This document shows positions 12,004-21,701 of a stretch of DNA of 64,000 nucleotides, in pieces. This stretch comes from an uncultured Verrucomicrobiae bacterium (GTDB lineage Bacteria > Verrucomicrobiota > Verrucomicrobiia > Chthoniobacterales > UBA10450): the NCBI GenBank assembly GCA_963834385.1, contig CAWIBO010000002.1, forward strand, positions 288,001-352,000. The letters run 5' to 3'. The translations under genes were made by a program, and so were the position numbers. The notes beneath the pieces were generated by a model. It was given only the letters and a program-made list of their open reading frames with translations. It was not told the DNA's origin and searched no databases. The first letter of the stretch is position 1; each line of letters starts with the position of its first letter.

Positions 12004-13718
12004 CCGGCAGCCTGGCCGTCCTTGCGGCTTTCGCTTGCGCCGAAATAGACACGGCGCCCGTCGCGTTGCTCGACCTTGATCGCCTGGTAACCGCCGAAGC
12101 CGCCGAAGCCGATGCGCACATCGTGCCCGCGGCGGCGCAGTTCGCGCACCGTTTCCCACGGCACGCTGGTTTCCACCTCAAGATAACCGCCCGTGAGCAT
12201 CTGCTCGTCCGTCGGTTCGTTATCGCCCTCGTGCTGCCAACGGGCCGCGTCGCCCGCCTCCTGCAGATTCATCCCGTAATCGATCATGTTCACCAGAACC
12301 TGGACGTGCCCCTGCGGCTGCATCCCGCCGCCCATGACACCAAAAGCCAGCCAGGGCTGCTTTTCCTTCATGACGAACGCGGGAATGATGGTGTGAAACG
12401 GCCGTTTCCCGGGCGCGTAGACGTTGGCGTGCCCCGGTTGCATGGAAAACATTTCGCCCCGGTCCTGGAACATGAAGCCGAGCCCGGGAACCACGATGCC
12501 GCTGCCCATCCCGCGATAATTGCTCTGGATCAGGCTGACGACGTTGCCCTCATCGTCCGCCGTGCAGAGGTAAATCGTGTCGGCCCCGCCCGGCATGCGG
12601 CCGGCGGCGACAGTCTTCGCCGCTTTCTTCGGGTCGATCAGTTTGCGCCGTTCATCCGCGTATTCGTCGGAGAGCAGGCGCGCCAGCGGAATTTTCGAGA
12701 AATCAGGATCGGCATAAAACTTCGCCCGATCGGCCCAGGCCAGCTTTTTCGCTTCGACCATGGTGTGGATGGAGTCGGCGGAATTGAAGCCCATCGCGCG
12801 CAGATCGAATTTTTTCAGGACGTTGAGCATCTGAAGCGCGGCGATGCCCTGGCCATTGGGCGGGAGCTCAAACACCTCGTAACCGCGGTAGGTCACGGAA
12901 GCCGGTTCCACCCAGGTGGCGGTGTGCTTTTCCAGGTCGGCCTTGCGCAGCCAGCCACCGTTCGCCTGCATGAAGGCGTCGATTTTGTCCGCGATCGCCC
13001 CGCGGTAAAACGCCTCCCCCTTGCTTTGCGCAATCAGGCGCAGGGTTTCCGCCAGGGCCGGGTTCTGGAAAAAATCGCCGGTCGCCGGCGCCTGCCCTTT
13101 GCCATCAAGGGTGAAGGTTTCCAGGAAAGCGCCCGGGAGACCCGCGTAAAGCGGAACGCTCCGCCCCCAGTAATAGGCCACGAGCTCGGAGACCGGGAAA
13201 CCTTTCTCGGCATAGCGAATGGCCGGCGCCAGGTTTTCCTCGAAGGGAAGTTTCCCGAATTTTTTGTGCAGCTCGGTCCAGCCGCTGACGCAGCCCGGGA
13301 CGCTGATCGGGAGCATGCCGGTGGAGGGAATGGTGGTGCGCTTGAGCGCGGCCAGTTCCGACTGCATCTGCTCGAAGCTGAGCCCGAGCGGGGAACGTCC
13401 GCTGGCGTTGAGACCGTAAAGTTTTTTCTCTTTCGCGCTGTAGACCAGGGCAAAGAGGTCGCCGCCGATGCCGTTGCCGGTGGGTTCCATCAGGCCGAGC
13501 GCGGCATTGGCCGCGATGGCGGCGTCGATGGCGTTCCCGCCGCGCCGGAGGATCTCGATCCCCACCTGCGTGGCCAGCGGGACGCTGGTGCAAACCATGC
13601 CCTGTTCCGCCACCACTTCCGAACGGGTGGCAAACGATCTTCCGGTGATTCGATCCACTTGGGGGAAAACTGTGGACGAAAATGCCAGAAAGAGCGCGGC
13701 TAAAATGAGACGGGTCAT
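11997..13718 (-). CDS. ggt: Gamma-glutamyltransferase
   Basis: GGNAIDAA, GIGGD, DT(IYL) catalytic Thr, PGKRPFHTI, GGGMQPQG. Confidence 0.93.
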   Translation of the reverse strand: MTRLILAALFLAFSSTVFPQVDRITGRSFATRSEVVAEQGMVCTSVPLATQVGIEILRRGGNAIDAAIAANAALGLMEPTGNGIGGDLFALVYSAKEKKLYGLNASGRSPLGLSFEQMQSELAALKRTTIPSTGMLPISVPGCVSGWTELHKKFGKLPFEENLAPAIRYAEKGFPVSELVAYYWGRSVPLYAGLPGAFLETFTLDGKGQAPATGDFFQNPALAETLRLIAQSKGEAFYRGAIADKIDAFMQANGGWLRKADLEKHTATWVEPASVTYRGYEVFELPPNGQGIAALQMLNVLKKFDLRAMGFNSADSIHTMVEAKKLAWADRAKFYADPDFSKIPLARLLSDEYADERRKLIDPKKAAKTVAAGRMPGGADTIYLCTADDEGNVVSLIQSNYRGMGSGIVVPGLGFMFQDRGEMFSMQPGHANVYAPGKRPFHTIIPAFVMKEKQPWLAFGVMGGGMQPQGHVQVLVNMIDYGMNLQEAGDAARWQHEGDNEPTDEQMLTGGYLEVETSVPWETVRELRRRGHDVRIGFGGFGGYQAIKVEQRDGRRVYFGASESRKDGQAAGY

Positions 13719-13776
13719 GCCCGGGAAACTAGCATGCCCGGACGATCCGGGCGATGCGTGCGATCTCCCGGCGGCG

Positions 13777-15069
13777 TTACTCGTAACGGAGAGCCTTTAC
13801 CGGATCGAGCCGCGCGGCGAAATAGGCCGGAATCAGCGCCGCGATCGAGCAGATGAAAAACGCCAGGATGCAGATGACGGCGACATCGCGCGGAATCACC
13901 TCGGCCGGGATCTGCGAGAATTGATAGACCTGCCGGGGGAAGACCTCGATCCCGAAGGTGCCGGCCAGCCATTGGCTGAACTCGTTCCGATAACGGATCA
14001 GGGTCATGCCCAGGCCGAGCCCGGTCAGGGTCCCAAACACGCCGACGACGATGCCTTGCCCGAGAAAGACCCAGACGATCTGCCAGATGCTGGCGCCGAG
14101 CGCTTTCATGATCCCGATCTCGCGCCGTTTTTGCACGGTCACGGTGATGAGCGTGCTCATGATGCCGAACGCCGCCACCACCACGATGAAGAAGAGGAGA
14201 AAGAACATGACCGTTCGTTCCAGGCGGACCGCCTCGAAGAACTGGCTGTTCATGTCGATCCACGTCTGGGCGTAGGCCGGCGGCTCGAGAAACTCTTGGA
14301 AGCGCCGTTTGACCTGCTCCGCGCCGTAGGGATCGCGGGTGCGGACGGTCAGGCCGTGCAAACCGTCGCCCAGCCCGTAAAGCTCCTGCCCAATGTGGAT
14401 GGGAACGAGGAGAAACTCGGAGTCGTGCACGTAATGCCCGGTCTCGAAAATGCCGGTGACGGTCAGGTCCTTCGGCAGAACCACCTCGCGCAAACCCTCG
14501 ATGGCGGCCTTTTCCTCGTCGCCCGTGGCGGTTTCCAATTTTTTAATCTGGTCGAGGACCTGTCCAAGGTTCCCGGGCGAGTAGACGGTGATGCGGTCGC
14601 CCAGCGCGACCTGGAGTTTCCGGGCCAGTTCGATGCCGACCACGGTGGAATCGCCCTCGAGATCGAGCCGGCCCTGCTTGATGAATTTCGGCAGTGGCAC
14701 GACCTGTTCCTCCTGGACCGGGTCGATCGCGCGAATGACCGGCGCGATCCGGCGGTTCTGGAACTCAGCGATGACCGGGCCCTGGATGTAGGGCGCGATC
14801 GCCTCCACCTCCGGCGTCGCCTTTACCTTGTCGGCGACCTCGCGCCAGTTTTTCATCACCTCCTCGGAGGTGACGAGGATGTGGGCGTCGAAATCGATCA
14901 CCTTCTGGCGAAGTTCGCGGTCGAAACCGGTCATGACCGCGATGACGAGGATGAGCACGGTGACGCCGAGGGTGACGCCAAGGATTGAGATGAGGGTGAT
15001 GATGGAGAGAAAGGTGCGCTTCGGCTTGAGATAGCGCAGGGCGAGGAAAAGACTGAAGGGGAGTTTCAA
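13777..15069 (-). CDS. Lipoprotein-releasing ABC permease, LolC/E family
   Basis: LALRYL, VMTGF, KRREIGIMKALGA, AARLDPVKALRYE; TTG start. Confidence 0.9.
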   Translation of the reverse strand: MKLPFSLFLALRYLKPKRTFLSIITLISILGVTLGVTVLILVIAVMTGFDRELRQKVIDFDAHILVTSEEVMKNWREVADKVKATPEVEAIAPYIQGPVIAEFQNRRIAPVIRAIDPVQEEQVVPLPKFIKQGRLDLEGDSTVVGIELARKLQVALGDRITVYSPGNLGQVLDQIKKLETATGDEEKAAIEGLREVVLPKDLTVTGIFETGHYVHDSEFLLVPIHIGQELYGLGDGLHGLTVRTRDPYGAEQVKRRFQEFLEPPAYAQTWIDMNSQFFEAVRLERTVMFFLLFFIVVVAAFGIMSTLITVTVQKRREIGIMKALGASIWQIVWVFLGQGIVVGVFGTLTGLGLGMTLIRYRNEFSQWLAGTFGIEVFPRQVYQFSQIPAEVIPRDVAVICILAFFICSIAALIPAYFAARLDPVKALRYE

Positions 15070-15285
15070 GGCAGGGATAGTGTCGGGAAGGCCGGGCGCT
15101 TGTCCATGGGAGCGTCAGTAGAAAGTGCGTGCGCGTGACGCCGCGGCTGATATCTGAGTCGGCCGGCTCCGTTACCGACACCACCCGCGCTGCGAGGGTT
15201 GGGAAGCGTGACCCGGTGTCCCCCCCGTTCACCAAAGCCTTCCCGGCTTGCTTTATGCTTCAAGTTCAAGTTAAACTTCAGTTCG

Positions 15286-15534
15286 ATGAAAACGGTCACC
15301 ATGCTCCATTTTCGGAAGAACGCCTCCGCGGTCCTTCGCCGGGTCGCCCGGGGCGAACGCCTTCTGCTCTCCCATCGCGGCAAGCCCGCCGCCCGGCTCG
15401 AACCGATTGGTCCTCCGGCGGGCGACGCGCCGCGCGATGATCCATTTTCCAGCATCGGAGAGCGCGCGGTGGCCAGTCCCAAGGGCCGGACAAAGCACTC
15501 GCAGATTGACCAGATTCTTTATGGCGGCCGCTGA
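15286..15534 (+). CDS. Type II antitoxin, Phd/YefM family
   Basis: MKTVTMLHFRKNASAVLRRVARGE...RGKPAARLEP; overlaps PIN gene. Confidence 0.85.
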   Translation: MKTVTMLHFRKNASAVLRRVARGERLLLSHRGKPAARLEPIGPPAGDAPRDDPFSSIGERAVASPKGRTKHSQIDQILYGGR

Positions 15535-15940
15535 GGTCTTCATGGACAGCGCGGGTTTTCTCGCGCTCTGGGATGCCGGTGACGAACACCACAAGGCGGC
15601 GGTCGGTTTACAGAAGGAACTCATCCGGAAAAAGCGTCGTTTCTTGACAACGGAATATGTGGCGGACGAGACCGCGACCCTACTGCTCCGGCGGCACAGC
15701 CACGAGGCGGCGACTGATTTCCTCGGGATGATCGAACAAAGCGAAGCGCTGCGTCTCGAATGGATCGACCCGGCGCGTTTCCACATCGCAGCCGACTGGT
15801 TCCGGAAACATTCGGACAAGCAATGGTCGTTTACGGATTGTGTCAGCTTCACTGTCATGCGCGAACTGCGAGTGCGCGATGCCTTCACCACCGATCACCA
15901 TTTTCGGCAGGCCGGATTCATCCCGCTCCTGCAAGCGTAG
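15521..15940 (+). CDS. vapC: Type II toxin, VapC/PIN ribonuclease
   Basis: FMDS, E, SFTDCVSF, TTDHHF acidic PIN motifs. Confidence 0.9.
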   Translation: MAAAEVFMDSAGFLALWDAGDEHHKAAVGLQKELIRKKRRFLTTEYVADETATLLLRRHSHEAATDFLGMIEQSEALRLEWIDPARFHIAADWFRKHSDKQWSFTDCVSFTVMRELRVRDAFTTDHHFRQAGFIPLLQA

Positions 15941-16058
15941 ATCGTGGGCCGCGGCGGCGTCCGGAGCTCACGCCATTATTTGTTCAGTTCCGGAAGGCTT
16001 TGGCTGCTCCGCGGAAGAATCGGTTTTTGGGCGATTCAGTGGTCGCCTGCCACGAAGA

Positions 16059-16415
16059 CTAGAGCGCGTGGGTTTCGAGTTCTTCCAGCGTGACGAACTC
16101 GAGCGCGGAGGAGTGAGTGGCCTCGAGGTCGACCTTGCCGGGGGTGCCCCGTTTCAGGGCGGCCTTCCAGCGGGTGACGCAGACGCACCATTTGTCGCCT
16201 GGTTTCAGGCCCGGAAAGGAAAATTCGGGCCGCGGCGTGATGAGATCGTTCCCGTCGAGCATGGAGAAATCGAGAAAATCCTGGTCCACCTGCACGCAGA
16301 CGGTGTGCAGGCCAAGGTCTTCCGGGCCCGTCCGGCAAAAGCCGTCGCGATAAAAGCCGGTGACGGGGTTGCGGCAGCAGCATTTTAACTCGGTGCCGAG
16401 GACGTTGGTGGGCAT
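16059..16415 (-). CDS. DUF2237 family protein
   Basis: NVLG, TGFYRDGFC, HTVC, GNDL, LKPGDKWCVC. Confidence 0.9.
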   Translation of the reverse strand: MPTNVLGTELKCCCRNPVTGFYRDGFCRTGPEDLGLHTVCVQVDQDFLDFSMLDGNDLITPRPEFSFPGLKPGDKWCVCVTRWKAALKRGTPGKVDLEATHSSALEFVTLEELETHAL

Positions 16416-16433
16416 GGGAGGAAGGTAGATGAA

Positions 16434-16472
16434 CGAATGACGAATGACGAATGACGAATGACGAATGACGAA
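16434..16472. repeat. Heptamer tandem repeat (CGAATGA)x5
   Basis: Five perfect units plus a partial unit. Confidence 0.95.
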
Positions 16473-16525
16473 GGGCGGACGAATGCGGTGGCGGGGAGGG
16501 AAGGGTGGGGCGAGCTTGCCGCCAG

Positions 16526-17287
16526 ATGAAAACAGTTTTGCTGACGGGTTTGTTGATGATCGCGACGGGGTTTGCCTGGGCCGGGCCGCTCGAAAACGGT
16601 TATGAGGCGCATGGCGGACTGGCCAAGTGGAAAAGCTTCGGCGCGGTTGAGTATGACTTTGCCTGGAACAACGAAAAACGGCAGCGCGCGGACCATCAGC
16701 TTTTCGACCTGGCGACGCGGGCCGGCCTGATCACGAGCGACGAGTATGCGGTGGGCGGCACTTTTGCCGGTGTCTGGGTGAAACCCGATGCGAAAGCGGT
16801 CGGCATGCCGCCGCGGTTCTATCTCTGGACGCCGTTTTATTTCTTCGGGATGCCGTTTGTCTTTGCCGATCCCGGAGTGAAAGCGGAATCGCTCGGCCAG
16901 CGGGTGCTCGGCGGGAAATCGTATGATGTGGTTCGGATCACCTTCACGAAGGAGGCGGGCGATTCGCCGGAGGACTACTACCTGGCGCATTTTGACGCCA
17001 CGACGCACCAGCTGCATCTCGCGGCCTACATCGTGACTTATCCGGAGCTGAGCGGGGGAAAACCGGCTCCGGAACAGGAGCCGCACGCGATCCTTTTCGA
17101 GGAATGGCAGGAGGCGGACGGACTGCGGGTGCCGCGACGGGCCACGCTTTACAACTGGAAGGACGACAACCTCTCGGGCGAGCCGCGCGGCACGCTCGAG
17201 TTCACGAACGTGAAATTATCGACCGCCGCTCCCGACCCGCAGAAGTTTGCGCGGCCGGAGGGGGCGGTGGAAGCGCCGCTGAAGTAG
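16526..17287 (+). CDS. Exported hypothetical protein (DUF6503-like)
   Basis: Signal peptide; AHGG.W, YFFGMPF, DPGV, GDSPEDYY. Confidence 0.7.
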   Translation: MKTVLLTGLLMIATGFAWAGPLENGYEAHGGLAKWKSFGAVEYDFAWNNEKRQRADHQLFDLATRAGLITSDEYAVGGTFAGVWVKPDAKAVGMPPRFYLWTPFYFFGMPFVFADPGVKAESLGQRVLGGKSYDVVRITFTKEAGDSPEDYYLAHFDATTHQLHLAAYIVTYPELSGGKPAPEQEPHAILFEEWQEADGLRVPRRATLYNWKDDNLSGEPRGTLEFTNVKLSTAAPDPQKFARPEGAVEAPLK

Positions 17288-17289
17288 GA

Positions 17290-19359
17290 TTATTTCTTCG
17301 CGCCGGCGGCCTTGAGCTCGCGCACGAGTTCCGTGGCGTTGTAAACTTTTTCAAGCGCTTCCTGCACGCCGTCGGCCGCGACCACGATGGTGCGGTTGAC
17401 CCTCGGGTCGAACCCGTAGGAGCCGCCGATGGAATGGATGTTGCCGTCAAAGGCCGCGCCGATGACCGAGCCATCCTTCGCGATCACGGGCGAGCCGGAG
17501 TTGCCGCCAATGATGTCATTGTTGGTCGTAAAGTTCAGGACCGCGTTTTTGTCGAGCTTCGACTCGGCCGACGCGAAGAGCGGGGCCAGGTCATAGGGCG
17601 AGGCGCCGGTGGCGCGCTGGTAAAGCCCCTCGTAAACCGTGGTGAACGGCACTTCGCGTCCGCGCTCGGTCCAGCCCTGGACGGAGCCGTAGGAGATGCG
17701 GAGCGAGAAGGTGGCATCGGGATAAAGCGTGTCGCCAAAGGCGGCGAACCGCGCCTGGGCCAGGCGTGATTGCGCCGCGGTGATGGGCGCGTCCACCTCG
17801 GCCCGATAACGGTCGAGCAACGCCCGGGCGGTCTCGTCCGTGGCGAGGACAAACTTGATCAGTGGATCGTCCGACTTTCGGATCGCTTCGAGCCCGCCTT
17901 TCCAGAGTTCCTGCCGCACTTTCGGGTCGGCCAGTTTGGTCCCGGCCACGAGACGTTTGGCCAGTTGCTCGGGTGATTCCTTCCCCAGCATTTCCTTGAC
18001 GCGCGGATCGTCCGCGGTGAGCACCTCGCGCACCTTGGAAAGCCAGAAGGCGAGCGACAGTTCCTCCAGCCAGGGATGAACCGGGGCGGCGTCGGTGATT
18101 TTTTTCTCCAGGAGCGGCAGACGCGACTCGGTGAAATCGGGCAGGCGCTCCGAGTCCGGCTTTTCCCGTTCCTTGGCCGAGCGGACGAGGTCGCGGGCGT
18201 GGCGGAAAAGATCGGAGTACCAGCCGGCGCGCTGCTCGAGGAGGAGATGTTCGGGATAAAACTGGCGGTAAGCAGCCACGGCCTGCTCGATTTCCTTCCA
18301 GGGATCACCGGCCGTTTTCTGTGCCTTGCCGCGCAGATCAGTCTCAGCCTGGGTCAGGCGATCACGGAATTCGCGTTCGCGCAGCGCCTGCCATTGGCCG
18401 GTGTAAACCTTGTAGGTGTTCTCGACGCTCAGGATCCGGTCGGAACCGGTGCGCGTTTTCTCGGCGTCATTCATGGCGGCGACGAGGCGTCCCCGATATT
18501 CGGAGAGGAGGGGCACGAGGATGGGAAAGATGACATCGCGCCGCAGATCGAGCTGGGACGAAGTGAAAAGACGCTGGGTCGAACCGGGATTGCCCACGAC
18601 GAAGGTCGGCTCGTCCTTGACCGGCGGGCGCGGGTTCCAGGGAAGGAACTGCGGGGTCGAGGCCGGCTTGCCATCCTCGTAGACCCGCAGGAAAGCGGCG
18701 TCGAGCGCGTAACGCGGAAAGTTGAAGTTGTCGGGGTCGCCGCCGAAGAAAGCGGCCTGCAACTCGGGGGCCCAGACGAGGCGGACATCGGAATATTTGC
18801 GGAGGCGATAGAGTTTATACTGGCCGCCGCCGTAGAGGTTCACGACTTCACAGCGCTCCTTGGCCTTATCCTGGCAGCTCTCGCTTTCGATGGCGGCGAT
18901 GGCGGCATCCCGCGCCTTCGCCAGCTCGGCGCCGGTCTTTTCACCGATCGCTTTCTGCACGCGGGCGGTGACATCGGTGATCGCGGTGACCACCTCGGCC
19001 TGCTGCCCTGCGCAAAGACTTTCCTCCGAACGGTCTGTCGCCGCGAACCCGGTCCGGGCCAGGTCTTTCTCCGCGGTCGAGAGATCCTGGGCGCACTGCA
19101 TGATGCAATGGTAGTTGGTCAGGACCAGCCCCTCGGGCGAGACAAAGGAAGCCGAGCAACCCTCGGTCAGCCGCACGGCCGAAGCCTGGACTTTGTCCAG
19201 CCAGGCCTGGTCCGGCGCCCAGTTGAATTTTTCACGGACCTGCTTGGCCGGGAAGTTGTCGAAGGTCCACATACCCTCCTCGGCCAGGGCAATGACGGCG
19301 AAAGAGCCGAGCGAAAGGGCGAGACAGGCGGTGAAAGCGAGACGTCGTGTCGTGTTCAT
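17290..19359 (-). CDS. S46 family dipeptidyl peptidase
   Basis: EGMW, TNYHC, GGDPDNF, DIIGGNSGSP, FDGN. Confidence 0.93.
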   Translation of the reverse strand: MNTTRRLAFTACLALSLGSFAVIALAEEGMWTFDNFPAKQVREKFNWAPDQAWLDKVQASAVRLTEGCSASFVSPEGLVLTNYHCIMQCAQDLSTAEKDLARTGFAATDRSEESLCAGQQAEVVTAITDVTARVQKAIGEKTGAELAKARDAAIAAIESESCQDKAKERCEVVNLYGGGQYKLYRLRKYSDVRLVWAPELQAAFFGGDPDNFNFPRYALDAAFLRVYEDGKPASTPQFLPWNPRPPVKDEPTFVVGNPGSTQRLFTSSQLDLRRDVIFPILVPLLSEYRGRLVAAMNDAEKTRTGSDRILSVENTYKVYTGQWQALREREFRDRLTQAETDLRGKAQKTAGDPWKEIEQAVAAYRQFYPEHLLLEQRAGWYSDLFRHARDLVRSAKEREKPDSERLPDFTESRLPLLEKKITDAAPVHPWLEELSLAFWLSKVREVLTADDPRVKEMLGKESPEQLAKRLVAGTKLADPKVRQELWKGGLEAIRKSDDPLIKFVLATDETARALLDRYRAEVDAPITAAQSRLAQARFAAFGDTLYPDATFSLRISYGSVQGWTERGREVPFTTVYEGLYQRATGASPYDLAPLFASAESKLDKNAVLNFTTNNDIIGGNSGSPVIAKDGSVIGAAFDGNIHSIGGSYGFDPRVNRTIVVAADGVQEALEKVYNATELVRELKAAGAKK

Positions 19360-19423
19360 GGTGAGTTTCTTAAGCCAGACCATCAGGCGGGAGGAGCCGG
19401 TGCGAAAGTGGTTTGTCGGCCGG

Positions 19424-19860
19424 ATTTGGAAACCAGGAAGAAGATTGAATTTGGAAACCAGGAAACCAGGAAGGGGGATTGAATTAGGAAAGCAGGAACG
19501 CAGGAAGGTTGAATTTGGAAACCAGGAAACCAGAGAAGGAAGGGAATTGAATTAGGAAGGCAGGAACGCAGGAAGGTTGAATTTGGAAACCAGGAAACCA
19601 GGAAAGGGGAATTGAATTAGGAAAGCAGGAACGCAGGAAAAAGAGGTGGGATTTTTGGGTTACTACCATTCCCGATGATTTATCCCTGTTTCTTCCTGGC
19701 TTCCTGGTTTCCAAATACCCTCCGCTTTCCTGCTTTCCTCTTTTCCTAATTCATTCCTGGTTTTCCTGGTTTCCAAATTGGTTTCCCTTCCCCTGATTTC
19801 CAGATTCTCTCCGTTTTCCTGCTTTCCTAATTCATTCCTGGTTTTCTTGTTTCCTAATTT
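19424..19860. repeat. Large inverted array of GGAAACCAGGAA / GGAAAGCAGGAA modules
   Basis: Purine-rich left arm 19424-19640 alternates two ~26-bp modules; complementary pyrimidine-rich arm 19690-19860. Confidence 0.9.
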
Positions 19861-19909
19861 GTCTTCCCTGCATTGAGATCGGGGCGTGCTGCGTCCACCT
19901 TGCCCTCGG

Positions 19910-21701
19910 ATGAGTGACATTGTTGGGATTGATCTTGGCACGACGAACTCGCTGATCGGGGTGATGGACGCGGGGTTCCCGATTTTGCTGGCGGACGCCA
20001 ATGGGCGGCGTTTGACGCCGTCGGTGGTTTCCTTCCCGGCCGAGGGTGAACCGGTGGTGGGCGAGGCGGCCGCGCGGCTGCGGGCGGTGGAGCCGGGCCG
20101 GACAGTCTCCTCGGTGAAACGACTGATGGGGCGGCCGGTTGCGGACGCGGAAAAGGAGGGGAGTCCGCATCGGGTCATGCGGGGACAGGACGGCCGGGCT
20201 GCGCTGGAGATTGACGGGGTGGTGCGCACGCCGGTGGAGATATCGGCGCTGATTCTCGCCAAGCTGAAACAGGATGCCGAGCGCGCCATGGGGAGAAGCC
20301 TCACCCGCGCGGTCATCACCGTGCCGGCCTACTTCAACGACGCCCAGCGCAATGCCACCCGGGAGGCGGGAGAGGCGGCGGGGTTCACAGTTGAGCGCAT
20401 TGTGAACGAGCCCACCGCGGCGGCGCTGGCCTACGGCCTGAACCTGCAGGAGCGAAGCCGGATCGCGGTTTACGACCTGGGCGGCGGGACCTTTGACGTC
20501 TCGATTCTCGAGCTTTCCGCCGGGGTGTTCGAGGTGCTCGCAACCAACGGCAACACCCGGCTTGGCGGCGATGACATTGATGCGGCCCTGCTGGAGCATG
20601 TCATCCGGGAAGGCGACTTGCAGGAAACGGACCCGGGGCTGCGGGCGCGGCTGCGGGAACAGGTGATCGCGGCGAAGCATGCGCTCTCCACGGCGAGCAC
20701 CGCGCCGGTGGAGCTGCCTTTCGCGGAGGGGCGCCAGAGCTTTTCCTGCAGCCTCACCCGCGAGAAGCTGGAGGAACTGGCCCGGCCGATCGTGGAGCGG
20801 ACGGCGGAACATTGCCGCCGTGTCCTGGCCGATGCGAAGCTGACCGCGGCCGACCTCGACGAGGTGATCCTCGTCGGCGGAGCCACGCGCATGCCGCTGG
20901 TGCGCGAGACGGTGGCCCGAATTTTCGGGCGCGCGCCAAACCTTTCGCAAAATCCCGATGAAGCGGTGGCGCTGGGAGCGACGATCCAGGCGGGCATACT
21001 TTCCGGCGCGGTGCGGGACGTGGTCCTGCTGGACGTGACGCCGCTCTCGCTCGGTCTCGAGACCTTTGGCGGACTCATGAATGTGATCATCCCGCGGAAT
21101 TCGACCATCCCGGTGAAGGCCGGCGAGATGTTCACGACCGCGGTGGCGAACCAGCGCGCCATGCTGATCAAGGTGCTGCAGGGCGAGCGCGAGATGGCGC
21201 GGGACAACTGGCCGCTCGGGCAGTTTGAGATCGAGTTCGAGCCGGCGCCGAAAGGTGTGGCCCGGGTGGGGGTGCAGTTCGAGATCGACGCCAGCGGCAT
21301 TCTTCATGTCCTCGCGCGCGATACCGGGAGCGGGCGCGAGAAGATCGTGGAGATGAAAAGCGCGGTGGAAGTTTCGGATGAGGCGGTCGAGGCGATGCTG
21401 GCCGACTCGCTTGATCATGCCTTTGACGATGTGGCGGAACGGCGCTGGACGGAAGCCGAGCTGAAAGCGCGCGAGATGCTGGACGCGGTGGATTCGGCCC
21501 TTGCCCTGGCCGCCGGGGCGATCGAGGAGGTCGGAACGGGAGGAGATTGCGCGCTGCGCCGGGCAGGTGCGCGCGGCGCTGGCAGCGCGTGAACTCGAAC
21601 CGTTGCGGGCGGCGAATGCGGCGCTGGACCAGGCGACGGAACGGCTCGCCGCCGTGGTGGTGGAAAAAGCCATGGGCGCGGCCGCGCCGCGGACCGGCTA
21701 G
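19910..21701 (+). CDS. Hsp70 chaperone (HscA/DnaK-like) with apparent frameshift near 21530
   Basis: GIDLGTTNS, TVPAYFND, NEPTAAALAYG, DLGGGTFD; helical lid continues in the 21501-21701 frame. Confidence 0.9.

Noticed and set aside
19424..19860. CRISPR array or small ORFs in the GGAAACCAGGAA repeats
   Set aside because: No unique spacers, inverted organisation, and translations are low-complexity repeat products
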